Source: the human T2T-CHM13v2.0 reference genome, Homo sapiens. From it: 64,000 nucleotides of DNA. Position numbers and translations under genes: made by a program. Location: the NCBI RefSeq assembly GCF_009914755.1, contig NC_060941.1. One strand, 5' to 3'. Below are positions 25,001 through 42,685 of this stretch, piece after piece. Position 1 is the stretch's first letter, and each line of letters starts with the position of its first letter. A model generated the notes under the pieces. That model worked only from the letters and a program-made list of their open reading frames with translations, was not told where the DNA came from and did not search any database.

Positions 25001-28000
25001 ACCTTTGTTTTGATTCAGCAGGTTGTAAAGATTCTTTTTGTAAAATCTATGAAGGAACACTGAAGGCCTACAGAGAAACATCGAATATTCTGCAATAAAA
25101 ACTAGAAACAAGCTATTTGTGAAAAAGCTTTGCTATAAATGGATCTTTTTCACAGAGTTAAATATTTGTTATTATACACAGGTTGGAAACACATATTTAG
25201 TAGAATCTAAGAGGAGTCTTTTTTGAGTCCATTAAGGCCTGTGGTGAAAAACTCAATATCCCACAATTAAAACTAGAAACAGGCTATCTGTAAATATGCT
25301 TTGCAATATATGTTTGCATCTCACAGAGTTAAATTTTGGGTTTTATTCAGCAGGCTGGAGACACTTATTTTTTACAGTCTACTTCGTGACAGTCTACTTC
25401 GTGAGGCCTAAAGTGAAAAACCGAGTATCTTGTGATAAAACTACAATCAATCTGTGAAAATGCTTTGCAATGTGTGGATTCATCTCAATGAGTTAAATGT
25501 TTGTTTTGATTCAGCAGGTTAGAAATACTCTCTTCGTAGAATCTATGAAGGAACATTTCGGAGCCCTTTGAGGCTTATAGTGAAAAGCTGAATATCCTGT
25601 GATAAAAACTAGAAACAAACTGTCTGTGAAAATGCTTTGTGATGTGTGGATTCATCTCACAGAGTTAAACCTTTGCTTTTATAGAGCAGTTTGGAAACAA
25701 TTTTTTAGTACAATCTAAGGGGACATTATTGAGCCCATTCATTCCTATAGTGAAAAACAAAATATCCTGTCATAAAAACTAAAACAAACTATCTGTAAAA
25801 ATGTTTTGCAATGTGTGGATTCATCTCAAAGAGTTAAACCTCTGTTTTGATTCAGCAGGTTGGAAACACTCTTTTTGTAGAATCTGCAAAGCAACATTTC
25901 AGACCCCATTCAGGCCTATAGTGAAAAATCAAATATCCCGCAATAAAAACTAGAAGCAAGCTATCCATGAAAATGCTTTGTGATGTGTGGATTTATCTCA
26001 CTGAGTTAAACGTTTGTTTTGATTCAGCAGCAAATGTCCTGCAATAAAAACTACAAAGAAGCTATGACTAAAAATGCTTTGTGATGTGTGACTTTATCTC
26101 ACAGAGTTTAACCTTTCTTGTCATTCAGCAGGTTGGAAACACTCTTTTTCTACAATCTACAAAGGTACATTTTGGAGCAAATTGAGGGTTATACTGAAAA
26201 ATCGATTATCTCACAATACAAACTAGGAAAAAGTTATCCGTGAAAATGCTTCGCAATGTGTGAATCCATCTCACAAATTTAAACCTTTGTGTTCATTCAG
26301 CAGGTTAGGAATACTTTTTTTGTAGAATATACAAAGGGACATTTGACACCTTTGGAAGCCTATAGTAAAAAAGCAATTATTTCTCAATAAAAAATTTGTC
26401 TCTGAAAATGCTTTGTGATATGTGGATTCTTTTCACAGAGTAAAACGTATGTTTTTATCCCACAGGTTGGAAACACTGTTGTTGTTGAATATGCGAAGGG
26501 ACATTTCAGAGCTAATTGAGGCCTATAGTGAAAAACCGAATATCCCATGATAAAAACTATAAAGAAGCTATCTCTGAAAATATTTTGTGATGTGTGATTT
26601 TCATCTCACAAGTTGAACTTTTGTTTTTATTCAGCAGGTTAGAAACTCCTTTTGTAGAATCTACGACGGGACATTTCATAGCCCATTGAGGCCTACAGTG
26701 AACAAACAAATATGCCTTGATAAAAACTAGAAACAACTTATCTGTGAAAATGCTTTGCAATGTGTATATTCATCTTACAAATTTAAACCTTTGTTTTGCT
26801 TAGCCGGTTGGAACCTCTTTGTTTGTAGAATCTACAAGGGAATATTTTGGGACTCATTGAGGCCTATAGTGAAAATAACATATCTCACGGTAAAAACTAG
26901 AAAAAAGCTATGAGTGAAAATGCTTTGCGATGTATGGGTTTATCTCACAATATTAAACCTTTGTTTTGATTCAGCAGGTTGAAAACACTGTTTTCGTAGA
27001 ATCTATGAAGGGACATTTTGGAGCCTATTGATGCCTATGGTGAAAAACTGAATACCCCACAATAAAAACTATAAACAACCTATCTGTGAAAATGCTTTGC
27101 AATATGTGGATTCATCTCACAGAGTTGAACCTTTGTCTTGATTCAGCATGTTTGAAATACTGTTTTTGTAGAATCTACAAGGGATAATTTCAGAGCAAAT
27201 TGAGGCCTATAGTATAAAATCTAATATCCTGCAATAAAAACTAGAAAAAATCTATCTGTAAAAATGCTTTGTGATATGTGGGTTCATCTCACAAAGGTAA
27301 ATCTTTATTTTGATTCAGCAAGTTGGAAACACTTTTCTTTGTAGAATCTACAAGGGGACATTTCATAGCCCATGGAGGCCTATAGTGAAAAACTGAATAT
27401 TCCATGATAGAAACTAAAGAAGCTATATGTGAAAATACTTTGCAATGTGTGGTTTCATCTCACATAGTTTAAACTTTATTTTGATTCAGCTAGGTTGGAA
27501 GCATTCTTTTTGTAGAATATATGAAGGGACATTTTGGAGTCCATGGAGGCCTATAGTGAAAAACTGAATATTCCATGATAGAAACTAAAGAAGCTATATG
27601 TGAAAATACTTTGCAATGTGTGGTTTCATCTCACATAGTTTAAACTTTATTTTGATTCAGCTAGGTTGGAAGCATTCTTTTTGTAGAATATATGAAGGGA
27701 CATTTTGGAGTCCATTGAGGCCTATAGTGAAAAACCAAATATCCCATCATTAAAAACTAGAACTAAGCTATCTGTGAAATAGCTTTGCAATGTGTGGATT
27801 CATGTCACAGAGCTAAACTTTTGTTTCTATACAGCATATTGGAAACACACTATTAGTAGAATCTAAGATGGGACAATTCAGAGCCTTTTGAAGCTTATAG
27901 TAAAAAATTCAAAATGTGGCAAAATTTACATACAAACTATCTGTAAAAATGCTTTGTGATGCGAAGATTCATCTCACAGTGTTAAACATTTGTTTTGATT

Positions 28001-31000
28001 CAGCATGTTGGAAAAAATTTTTTGTAGAATCTACAAAGGGACTTTTCGGAGCCCATTGAGACCAATATTGAAAAAATGAATATCCAGCTATAAAAACTAG
28101 AAACAAGCTCTCGGTGAAAATGCTTTGCAATGTGTGGATTCATCTCTCAGAGTTAAACTTTTATTTTGATTCACCCAGTTGGAGACACTTAATTGGTAGA
28201 ATCTATTAGGGGACATTTCATAGCCCATTGAGGCATGTGGTGAAAAACTGAATATCCCGCAATAAAAACCTGAAACAAGCGACCTGTGAAAATGCTTTGT
28301 GATGTGTGGATTCATCTCACAGAGTTAAACCTTTGTGTTGATTCAGTAGGGTTGGAAAGACTTTTTTTAGAAACTACAAAGGAACATTTTGTAGCCCATT
28401 GAGGCCTATAGTGAAAAACCGAATATCCGGTGATAAAAACTAGAAACAAGCTATTTGTGAAAATGCTTTGCATTGTATAGATTTATCTCTAATAGTCAAA
28501 CCTTTGTTTTTATACTGCAGTTTTGAAACGTTATTTTAGTAGAACGTAAAGGAAGACATTTCTGATCCCTTTGAGGCCTATAGTGAAAAACCGAATATCC
28601 CACAATAAAAACTAGAAACAAGCTGTGAAAACGCTTTGGGATGTGTAGATTCATCTGACACTGTGAAAATGCTTTGTGATGTGTAGATTCGTCTCACAGA
28701 GTTAAACTTTGATTATATACAGCAGGTTGGAAACATTTATTTTGTAGCATTTAAGAAGGTACAATTAAGAGTCCATTGAAGCCTACAGTGAAAAACCCAA
28801 TATCCAGTGATAAAAACTAGAAACAAGCTGTGAAAATTCTTTGCAACATGTGGATTCATCTCACAGAGTTAAACCTTTGTTTTGATTCAGTAGGTTGGAA
28901 GCAACTCTTTTTTTGAATCTACAGATTGACATTAAAGAGCCCATTGAGGCCCATACTGAAAAACTGAATATCCTGTGATAAAAACTAGAAACAAGCTGTC
29001 TGTGAAAATGCTTTGCAAGGTTTAGATTCAACTCACAGAGTTAAACCTTTGTTTTGATTCAGCAGGAGGGAAACAATTTTGTAAAATCTACTATGAGACA
29101 TTTCAGAGCAAATTGAGGCTGATAGTAAAAGTCCAAATATCCCTCGATATAAACCTGAAACAAGCAATCTGTGAAAATAATTTTTGATGTGTAGATTCCT
29201 CTCAAAAAGTTATACCTTTGTTTTGAATCAGCAGGTTGAAAACACTTTTTTTGTGTGTAATCTATGAAGGGACAAGCTATCTGACAAGGATTTCAGAGCC
29301 CATTGAGGCGTATAGTGAAAAACAAAAAATTCCAAACTATCTGTGAAAATGCTTTGCAATATGTGGATTCATCTCACAAAGATAAAAGTTTGTTTTGATT
29401 CAGCAGGTTGGCAACACTGTTTTTGTAGAATCTATAAGAGGACATATTTACAAGAGGTCCACTGATGCCTATGGTGAAAAACTGAATATCCCACTTTAAA
29501 AACTAGAAACAAGCTATCTGAAAATATGCTTTGTGATGTGTGCATTCCTTTCACATAGTTATACCTTTGTTTTGATTCAGAAGTTTGAAAACACTCTTGT
29601 TATAGAATTTTCGAAGGGACATTTCAGAGTGCAATGAGGCCTGTAGTGAAAAACCAAATATCTCACAATAAAAACTAGAAACAAGATATTTGTGAAAATG
29701 CTTTGCCATGTGTGAATTTATCTCTCATATTTAAACCTTTATTTTGATTCAGCCTGTTGGAAACACTCTTTTTATAGAATCTAAAAAAGAATATTTCAAA
29801 GCCGCTAGATGGCTATACTGAACAACCGAATACTCCACGATAAAAACTAGAAACAGGCTATCTTTGAAAATGCTTTGTGATGTGTGGATTCATCTCACAG
29901 AGTTAAAGCTTTCTTGTGATTCAGCAGGTTGGAAGTACTCTTTTTGTAGAATCTACAAGGGGAAGTTTTGGAGCAAATTGAGGCCTACATTATACAATCG
30001 AATATTCTGTGATAAAAACGAAAAAAAAAATCTAGCTGTAAAAATGCCTTGTGATGTGTGGTTTTACCTCACAAAGTTAAATATTTTTTTTTTTGATTCA
30101 ACAAGTTGGAAACACCTTTTCTGTAGACCTACGAGGGGATATTTCATAGCTCATGGAAGCATATAGTGAAAAACTGAATATCCCGTGATGGAAACTAAGG
30201 AAGTTATATGTGAAAATGCTTTGCAATGTGTGGTTGTATCTCACAGAGTTTAACTTTCTTTTGATTCAGCTAGGTTAGAAACACTCTTTATGTAGAATGT
30301 ACAAAGGGACATTTCAGAGCCGATTGAGGCCCATTTCAAAAAACCATATATCCTGTGACAAAAACAAGAAGCAAGCTATCTGTGAAATAGCTTTCCAATG
30401 TGGGGATATTTCAGAGACCTTTGAGACCAATATTGAAAAAATGAATATCCTGCAATGAAAACTAGAAACAACCTCTTGAAGCCCATTGAAGCCTATAGCA
30501 AAAAACTGAATATCCCATGATAAAAAATAGAAACAAGCTATTTGTGAAAATGCTTTGTGATGTGTGAGTTCATCTCACAGAGTTAAACCATTGTTTTGAT
30601 TCAGCTGGTAGAAGACACTTAACTGGTACTACTAGAGGACATTTTGTAGCCCACTGAGGCCTGTGGTGAAAATCCAAATATCCCATGATAAAACTAGAAA
30701 CAAGCTATCTGTGAAAATGCTTTGTGATATGTGGGTTCATCTCACAGAGTTAAACCTTGTTTTGATTCACCAGGTTGGAAAGACTCTTTTTGTAGAATAT
30801 ATGAAGAAACATTTCACAGCCCATTGAGGCCTATAATGAAAAACTGAATATCCGGTGATACAAACTAGAAACAAGCTATTTGTGAAAAAGCTTTGTGATG
30901 TGTGGATTTCTTTCACAGGGTTAAATATTTGTTATTATACATCAAGTTGGAAACACATATTTAATAGAATCTAAGAGGAGTCTTTTTGAGCCTATTAAAA

Positions 31001-34000
31001 TCTGTAGTGAAAAACCAAATATCCCATGATTAAAACTAGAAACAGGCTCTCTGTAAATATGTTTGTGATATATGGATGCATCTCACATAGTTAAATTTTG
31101 GTTTTTATTCAGAAGGTTGGAGACACTTATTTTTTTCAATCTACTTGGTGACAATACAGTTCTCATTAATGCCAATAGTGAAAATTCAAATATCCTGTGA
31201 TAAAATTACAAACAATCTGTGAAAATGTTTTGCAATGTGTGGATTTATCTCAATGAGTTAAATGTTTGTTTTGATTCAGCAGTTTGGAAACACTCTGTGC
31301 GATGTGTGGATTCATCTCACACAGTTAAACATTTGTTGCCATTCAGCAGGATGGAAACAATCTTTTTGTAGAATCTACAAGGGTCATTTTGACACCCGTT
31401 AAGGCTTATAGTGAAAACCTGGATATCCTGAGATAAAAACTAGAAAGAAGCTATGTGTGAAAATGCTTTGCAATGTGTAAATTCACCTCATAGAGTTAAA
31501 CCTTCATTTTAATTCAGAAGGTTGGAAACACTTTTTTTGTAGAAAGGACATTTTGGAGCCTTTTGAAGCCTATGGTGAAACCAGAATATCCCACAATAAA
31601 TATTAGAAGCAAGGTATCTGTGAAAATGCTTTGTGACATGTGGATTCATCTTACAGAATTAAACCTTTCTCCTGATTCTGCAGGTTGGAAATTCTCCTTT
31701 TGTAGAATCTACAAAGAAATATTTTGGAGCCCATTGAGGCTCAAATATCCTGCAATAAACACTAGAAACTAGCTATCTGTGAAAATGATTGGCGATGTGT
31801 GGATTAATTTCACAAAATTAAAACTTTGTTTTGATTCAGCACTTTTGAACCACTTTTTTTGTAGCATCTACGAAGGAACACTTCAGAGTCCTTTGACAGA
31901 AAGGGTTATAGAGGGTTATAGAGAAAAACGGAATATTCCATGATAAAAACTAGAAGCAAGTTCTCTGTGAAAATTCTTTGCAATGTGTAAATTCATCTCA
32001 CAGAGTTAAACCTTTGCATTGATTCAGCAAGTTGGAAACACTCTCTTGTACAATCTATGAGGGGATATTTGGGAGCCCGTTGAGGCCTATAGTAAAAATT
32101 TGAGTGTCCCATAAGAAAAACTAGGAAGAATTTATGTCTGAAGATGCTCTGTAATGTGTGATTTCATCTCACAGCTTTAAACCTTTCTTTTGATTCTGTA
32201 GGTTGGAATCACTATTTTTCTTAGAATCTATGAAAAGACATTTTGGAGCAAAATGAGGACTATAATGAAAAATTGAATATCCCACAATAAAAATTAGAAA
32301 CAAGCTGTCTGTGAAAATGCTTGGCAATGTGTGGATTCATCTCACACATCTCACAGAGTTAAACCTTTGTTTTGATTCAGCAGGCCAAAATTACTCTTTT
32401 GGTAAAATCTACGAAGGAACATTTTGGAGCCCATTGATGCCTGAGGTAAAAAACTGAAAACTGAATATCTTGTGATAAAAACTAGAAACAAGCTTTCTGT
32501 GAAAATGCTTTACAATGCATCATTTTATGTCACAGAGTTAAATCTTTGTTTTGATTCAGCTGGTTAAAAACACTCTTGTAGAAACTATGAGAGGACATTT
32601 CAGAACATGTTGAAGTCTATAGTGAATAACAAAATATCCCGCAATAAAAACTAGAAGCAAGCTATCTATGAAAATGCTTTGTGATGTGTGCATTTATCTT
32701 GCAGATCTAAACATTGTTTTGATTCATCAGGTGAGAAACACCCTTTTGATGCAATGTACAAACGGACGTTTCAGAGCCCACTGAGCCCCATAGTCATAAA
32801 ACCAAATATCCTGCTATAAAACTGGAAACGAGCTATCTGTGAAAATGTTTTGTGATGTGTGGATTCATCTCATATAGTTAACCCTTTATTTTGATTCAGC
32901 AGGATGAAAACACTCTTTGTGTAAAACCTACAAAAGGGAGGTTGGAAACACTCTTATTGTGAAATTTACGAAGGGACATTTTGGAGCCCACTGAAGCCTA
33001 TGTGAAAAACCAAATATCTCACCATTAAAACTAGCTAAACAAACTACCCATGAAAATGCTTGGCCATATGTGGAATAATTTTACAGAGTTAAATCTTTGT
33101 TTTTATTCAGCAAGTTGGAAATGCTCTCTTGTACAATCTACGAGGGGACATTTTGGAGCCCATTGAGGCCTATAGTAAAAAATCAAGTGTCCCGTAATAA
33201 AAACTACAAAGAATCTATGTCTGAAAATGTTCTGTAATGTATGATTTTATCTCACAGAGTTAAACTGTTGTTTTGTTTCAGCAGGTTGGAAACTCTCTTT
33301 TGGTAGAATCTTCAAAGAGACATTTGAGAGCCCATTGAGGCTTGGAGTGAAAAACCAAATATCCAGCAATAAAAACTAGAAACAAGCAATCTGCAAAAAT
33401 GCTTTGTGATGTGTTCATTTATTTTGCAGAGTTAAAACTTCATTTTGATTCAACAGGTTAAAAACACTCTTGTAGAATATAGGAAGTGACATTTCTAAGC
33501 CCATTGAGGCCTATACTGAAAAACTGAATATCTCACAACAAAAACTAGAAAAAAATCTATCTGTGAAAATACTTTGCAATGTGAGGATTTATCTCACAGA
33601 GGTAAGCCTTTGTATTAATACAGCAGGCTGGAAACACTCTTTTTGTAAAATCTACAAAGGGACATTTCATAGACCATTGAGGCCTACAGTGAAAGATCAA
33701 ATATTTTGTGATTAAAACTAGAAAAAAGCTATCTGTTAAAATGCTTTGCAATGTTTGGATTCATTTTACAGAGTTAAGCCTTTGTTTGGATTCAGCAGGT
33801 TGAAAACACTCTTTTTGTAGAATCAACATAGGGACATTTCAGAGCACATTGAGGCCTACGGTGAAAAACCCAACATCCCATGATAAAAACTAGATTCAAG
33901 CTATCTGTAAACATGCTATGCAATGTCTGGATTAGCCCAAAAAAGTTAAACCTTTAATTTGATTCAGCAAGTAGGAAACACTGTTCTTGTAGAATCTAAG

Positions 34001-35863
34001 AAGGGACACTTCAGAGCCCATTTAGGCCTAGAGTGAAAACCCACTTATCCTGCGATAAAAACTAGAAACAAGCTATCTGTGAAAATCTTTTCTGATGTGG
34101 GCATTCATCTCAAAGAGTTAAACCTTTCTTTTGATTCAGCAGGTTGGAAACACTCTTTTAGTAGAATCTACAGAGGGACAGTTTGGAACCTATTTAGACC
34201 CATAGTCAAAAAAGCAAATATCCCACAATAAAAACTAGTAACAAGCTATCTGTGAAAATGCTTTGCAATGTGGGGATTCATCTCACAGAGTCAAACCTTT
34301 GTTTGGATTCAGCAGGATGAAAACACACTTTTTGTAAATCTACAAAGAGGACTTTGGAAAAACTCTTTTTATGAATCTACAAAGGGACATTTTGGAGCCC
34401 ATTCAGGTCTACAGTAGAAAACCAAATATTCCAGGATAAAAACTAAAAACAAGCTATCTGTGAAAATGCTTCTTGATGTGTGCATTCACCAAATATAGGT
34501 AAACTTTTTTTTTGATTCAGCAGGTTGGAAACCCTCTTTTTATAGAATCTACAAAGGGGCATTTCGAAGCCCATTGAGGCCTATAGTGAAAAATTGAACA
34601 TTCAACAATAAAAACTAGTAACAAGCTATATTTGAAATTGCTTTGTGATGTGTGGGTTCATCTCACTGTTACATCATCATTTTGATTTAGCAGGTTGGAA
34701 ATGCTCTTTTGTAGAATCTATGAAGGAACATTTGGAATCGCATTAAAGCCTATAGAGAAAAACTGAATATTCTGCAATAAAAACTAGGAACGAGGTATCT
34801 GTGAAAATGCTCTTCGATGTGTGCATTCATCTCACAGAGATAAACATTTCTTTTGAGTCATCAGATTGGAAACTCTTTTTGTAGAATGTACAAAGGAACA
34901 TTTCAGAGCCCATTGGGGCCTATAGAGAAAAACCTAATATCTCATGATAAAAACTAGAAACAAAATATCTGTGAAAATGCTTTGCGATGTGTGGATTCAT
35001 TTCACAAAGTTAAATCTTTAGTTTTATTCAGTAGGTTGAAAACATTCTTTTTGCAGAAGCAAAAAAAAAAGGGACGTTTCAAAGTCCATTGGGGCCTACA
35101 GTGAAAAACCTAATACCCAGCGATAAAAACTAGAAAAAAGCTATCTGTGAAAATGCTTTGTGATGTGTTCACTCATTTCACAGAGTTTAACATTTGCTTT
35201 GATTCAGCAGGTTGGAAACACTCTTTTGTAGAATCTACGAAGAAACATTTCATAGCCCATATAGGCCTATTCTGAAAAACCAAATATACTGTGATAAAAA
35301 CTAGAAACTACCTATCTGCAAAAATTTGTTGCAATATATGAATTCGTCTCAAAGGGTTAAACCTCCATTTTGATTCGACACATTGAAAATACTCTTTTCT
35401 AGATCCTATGAAGTGACATTTCAGAGCCCATTGAGGCCTATAGTGAAAAATCTAATATCCCACCATAAAAACTAGAAAACAGCTAATTGAGAAAATCCTT
35501 TGCAATGTGTGAATTCATCTCACAGAGTTAAACCTTTATTTTGATTCAGCAAGTTGGAAACCCTCGTTTTCTAGAATCTATGAAGGGACATTTCAAAGCC
35601 CACTGAGGCCTACAGTGAAAAACCAAATATCCCACAATAAAAACTAGAAAAAACTCTTTGAGAAAATCCTTTGCGATGCGGGGATTCATCCCACAGAGTT
35701 AAACTTTTGTTTTGATTGATCAGGTTGAAAATGTTCTATCAGTAAAATCTATGAAGGGCAGGTTGAAAACACTCTTTTTGAAGAATCTACAAAGGGACAT
35801 TTTGGAACCCATTGAGGCCTGTAGTGAAAAAATGAACTTTCTGTGGTAAAGACTAGAAGCAAG
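22028..35863 (+). repeat. monomeric alpha satellite, block 4
   Basis: ~80 divergent monomers with internal block duplications. Confidence 0.94.
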
Positions 35864-36737
35864 TATTGCGGGATGTGGCCAGCAGCCTGCAATGCAACAG
35901 GGCTCTCTCTTTGTTCCCAGGTGGATTGGCAGGTGGAGAAATAATAGACACACAAAAGATAGAGAAAGCTGGATCCAGGGGGGTCACTGCCTTCTGGTCC
36001 CATGATGCCAACAATGCACTGGATATACCAGCACTTATTATTAAGTTTAGTGAGGGTGGTGATAGGTTAGTGAGGGATTTAGGGTCATTTGATTATGAGG
36101 TGAGATGGTCACATGGGGATGAAGTAATTCTTTAACATAACATCTGTGTGCAGAAATACAGTATACAGAGATAAGAATTTATAATATAGTGTGTGCATCA
36201 GTAATTTCTAACAGAGCCTTAAAACAGAAACACAGTCTTTCCATAACCTATGATTAGCAAGATATTAATCAGCAGTAACAGTTGCAGCAAAAGCTGGTTA
36301 CAAATAATCTGTAGAAACAGGAAGTGAAGCTAGACAACCTGTTAGACCAGAAATTCTCAGAAGGAAGTATGCCTTAACCTTAAAGAGGCCTAGAAAAGCC
36401 ATGGCAAGAAAAGGGCGTTTATAGCTCTATCTTATCCATATGGACAGGTGCCCCCCAAGCGTCTGTTTATAGGCTCTCCACAAGGGTCACATTCCATTCC
36501 CAGAGCTATGAACATCTGCTTTTCTGGGATAGGAATCTTGGTGATGTGAAACCTCCCTGACTGCACATCCATTCATAGGCTCTCTGCAGGAGGAAGCACA
36601 TCATGCGTTGTTGGCTCATTCTGGCAGTCCAACCTGGCATTGTCTTTCTACAATCCTGCATGCAATTTTGCATTTACAATAATCAGGAGCATTTCATCTT
36701 TTATTCCATAGCAATAGTTTCAGGGGGTCTCCCTACA
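35864..36737 (-). mobile_element. solo LTR, MER11D-like (HERV-K class, ERVK)
   Basis: Reverse strand begins TGTAGGGAGACCCCCTGAAACTATTGC and ends ...CCCGCAATA; 874 bp. 6-bp TSD agcaag at 35858-35863 and 36738-36743. Confidence 0.82.
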
Positions 36738-37660
36738 AGCAAGTATCTGTGAAAATGCTTCGTGATGTGTACAGTCATCTCACATATTTAAACCTTAGTT
36801 TTAATTTAACCTTTGGAATCACTCTTACTGTAGAATCTACAAAGGGATATGTCAAATCCCATTTATTCCTATGGAGAAAAATTGAATATCCCATGATAAA
36901 AACTAGAAACAAGCTATCTGTGAAACTGCTTTGCGATGTATGGATTCATCTCACAGAGTTAAAACTTTGTTTTGATTCTGCAGTTTGGAAACACTCTTTT
37001 TGTAGAAACTGCAAAGGGACATTTCAGAGCCCACTGAGGCCTACAGTGGAAAACAAAATATCCTATGATAAAAACTAGAAACAAGCTATCTGTGACAATG
37101 TTTTTTGATTTTTGCATTCATCTCACAGAGTTAAACTTTGTTTTGATTCAGCAATTTGGAAACACTCTTTTTCTAGAATCTACAAAGGGACATTTTGGAG
37201 CCAACTGAGGCCTGTAGTGAAAAACCAAAAGTCCAGAGACAAAAAGGAGACACAAATTATCTGTGAAAATGCTTTGCAATGTGCAGATTCATCTCACAGA
37301 GTTAAACCTTTGTTTTCAATCAGCAGGTTGAAAATACTCTTTTTGTAGAATCTAAGAAGTCACATTTGAGAGCCAAGTGAGGCCTATAGTAAATGAACAC
37401 ATATCCCATGATAAAAAGTAGAAACAAGATACATGTGAAAATGCTTTATAATGTGTGGATTCATCTCACAGAATCAACCCTTTGCTTTGATTAAGCAGAT
37501 TTGAAGCACTGTTATTGTGGAATCTACAAAGCCATATTTTGAAGCCCATTGTAGCCTATAGTCAAAAACTGATTATTCTGTGAGAAAAACTAGAAACAAG
37601 CTATCTGTAAAAATGCTTTGCAATGTGTGGATTCATCTCACAGAGTTGAACCTTTATTTT
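36738..37660 (+). repeat. monomeric alpha satellite, block 5
   Basis: Consensus monomers between the LTR and the L1. Confidence 0.92.
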
Positions 37661-37883
37661 TTATTTTATTTTATTATTATTATATTTTAAGTTTTAGGGT
37701 ACATGTACACAATGTTCAGGTTAGTTACATATGTATACATGTGCCATGCTGGTATGCTGCACCCATTAACTCGTCATTTAGCATTAGGTATATCTCCTAA
37801 TGCTACCCCTCCCCCCTCCCCCCACCCCACAACAGTCCCCAGAGTGTGATATTCCCCTTCCTGTGTCCATGTGTTCTCATTGT

Positions 37884-41606
<3,723 letters not shown>

Positions 41607-41669
41607 TAAGATGTTAGCTGGTTATTTTGCTCGTTAGTTGATGCAGTTTCTTCCTAGCCTTGATGGTCT

Positions 41670-42685
41670 TTACATTTTGGCATGATTTTGCAGTGGCTGG
41701 TACTGGTTGTTCCTTTCCATGTTTAGTGCTTCCTTCAGGAGCTCTTTTAGGGCAGGCCTGGTGGTGACAAAGTCTCTCAGCATTTGCTTGTCTGTAAAGT
41801 ATTTTATTTCTCCTTTACTTATGAAGCTTAGTTTGGCTGGATATGAAATTCTGGGTTGAAAATTCTTTTCTTTAAGAATGTTGAATATTGGCCCCCACTC
41901 TCTTCTGGCTTGTAGAGTTTCTGCCGAGAGATCTGCTGTTAGTCTGATGGGCTTCCCTTTGTGGGTAACCCGACCTTTCTCTCTGGCTTCCCTTAACATT
42001 TTTTCTTTCATTTCAACCTTGGTGAATCTGACAATTATGTGTCTTGGAGTTGCTCTTCTTGAGGAGTATCTTTGTGGCGTTCTCTGTATTTCCTGAATCT
42101 GAATGTTGGCCTGCCTTGCTAGACTGGGGAAGTTCTCCTGGATAATATCTTGCAGAGTGTTTTCCAACTTGGTTCCATTCTCCCTGTCACTTTCAGTACA
42201 CCAATCAGACGTACATTTGGTCTTTTCACATAGTCCCATATTTCTTGGAGGCTTTGTTCATTTCTTTTTATTCTTTTTTCTCTAAACTTCCCTTCTCACT
42301 TCATTTCATTCATTTCATCTTCCATCACTGATACCCTTTCTTCCAGTTGATCGCATCGGCTCCTGAGGCTTCTGCATTCTTCACGTAGTTCTTGAAACTT
42401 GGCTTTCAGCTCCATCAGCTCCTTTAAGCACTTCTCTGTATTGGTTATTCTCGTTATACATTCATCTAAATTTTTTTCAAAGTTTTTAACTTCTTTGCCT
42501 TTGGTTTGAATTTCCTCCTGTAGCTCGGAGTAGTTTGATCATCTGAAGCCTTCTTCTCTCAACTCGTCAAAGTCATTCTCCATCCAGCTTTGTTCCATTG
42601 CAGGTGAGGAACTGCGTTCCTTTGGAGGAGGAGAGGCGCTCTGCTTTTTAGAGTTTCCAGTTTTTCTGCTCTGTTTTTTCCCCAT
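41670..42685 (-). pseudogene. L1 ORF1 (RNA-binding protein), frameshifted
   Basis: ATG at 42685 (atggggaaaaaacagagc). Only the C-terminal part is in frame in ORF 41670-42239 (RYSSRRATPRHIIVRF...NHAKM). Confidence 0.9.
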
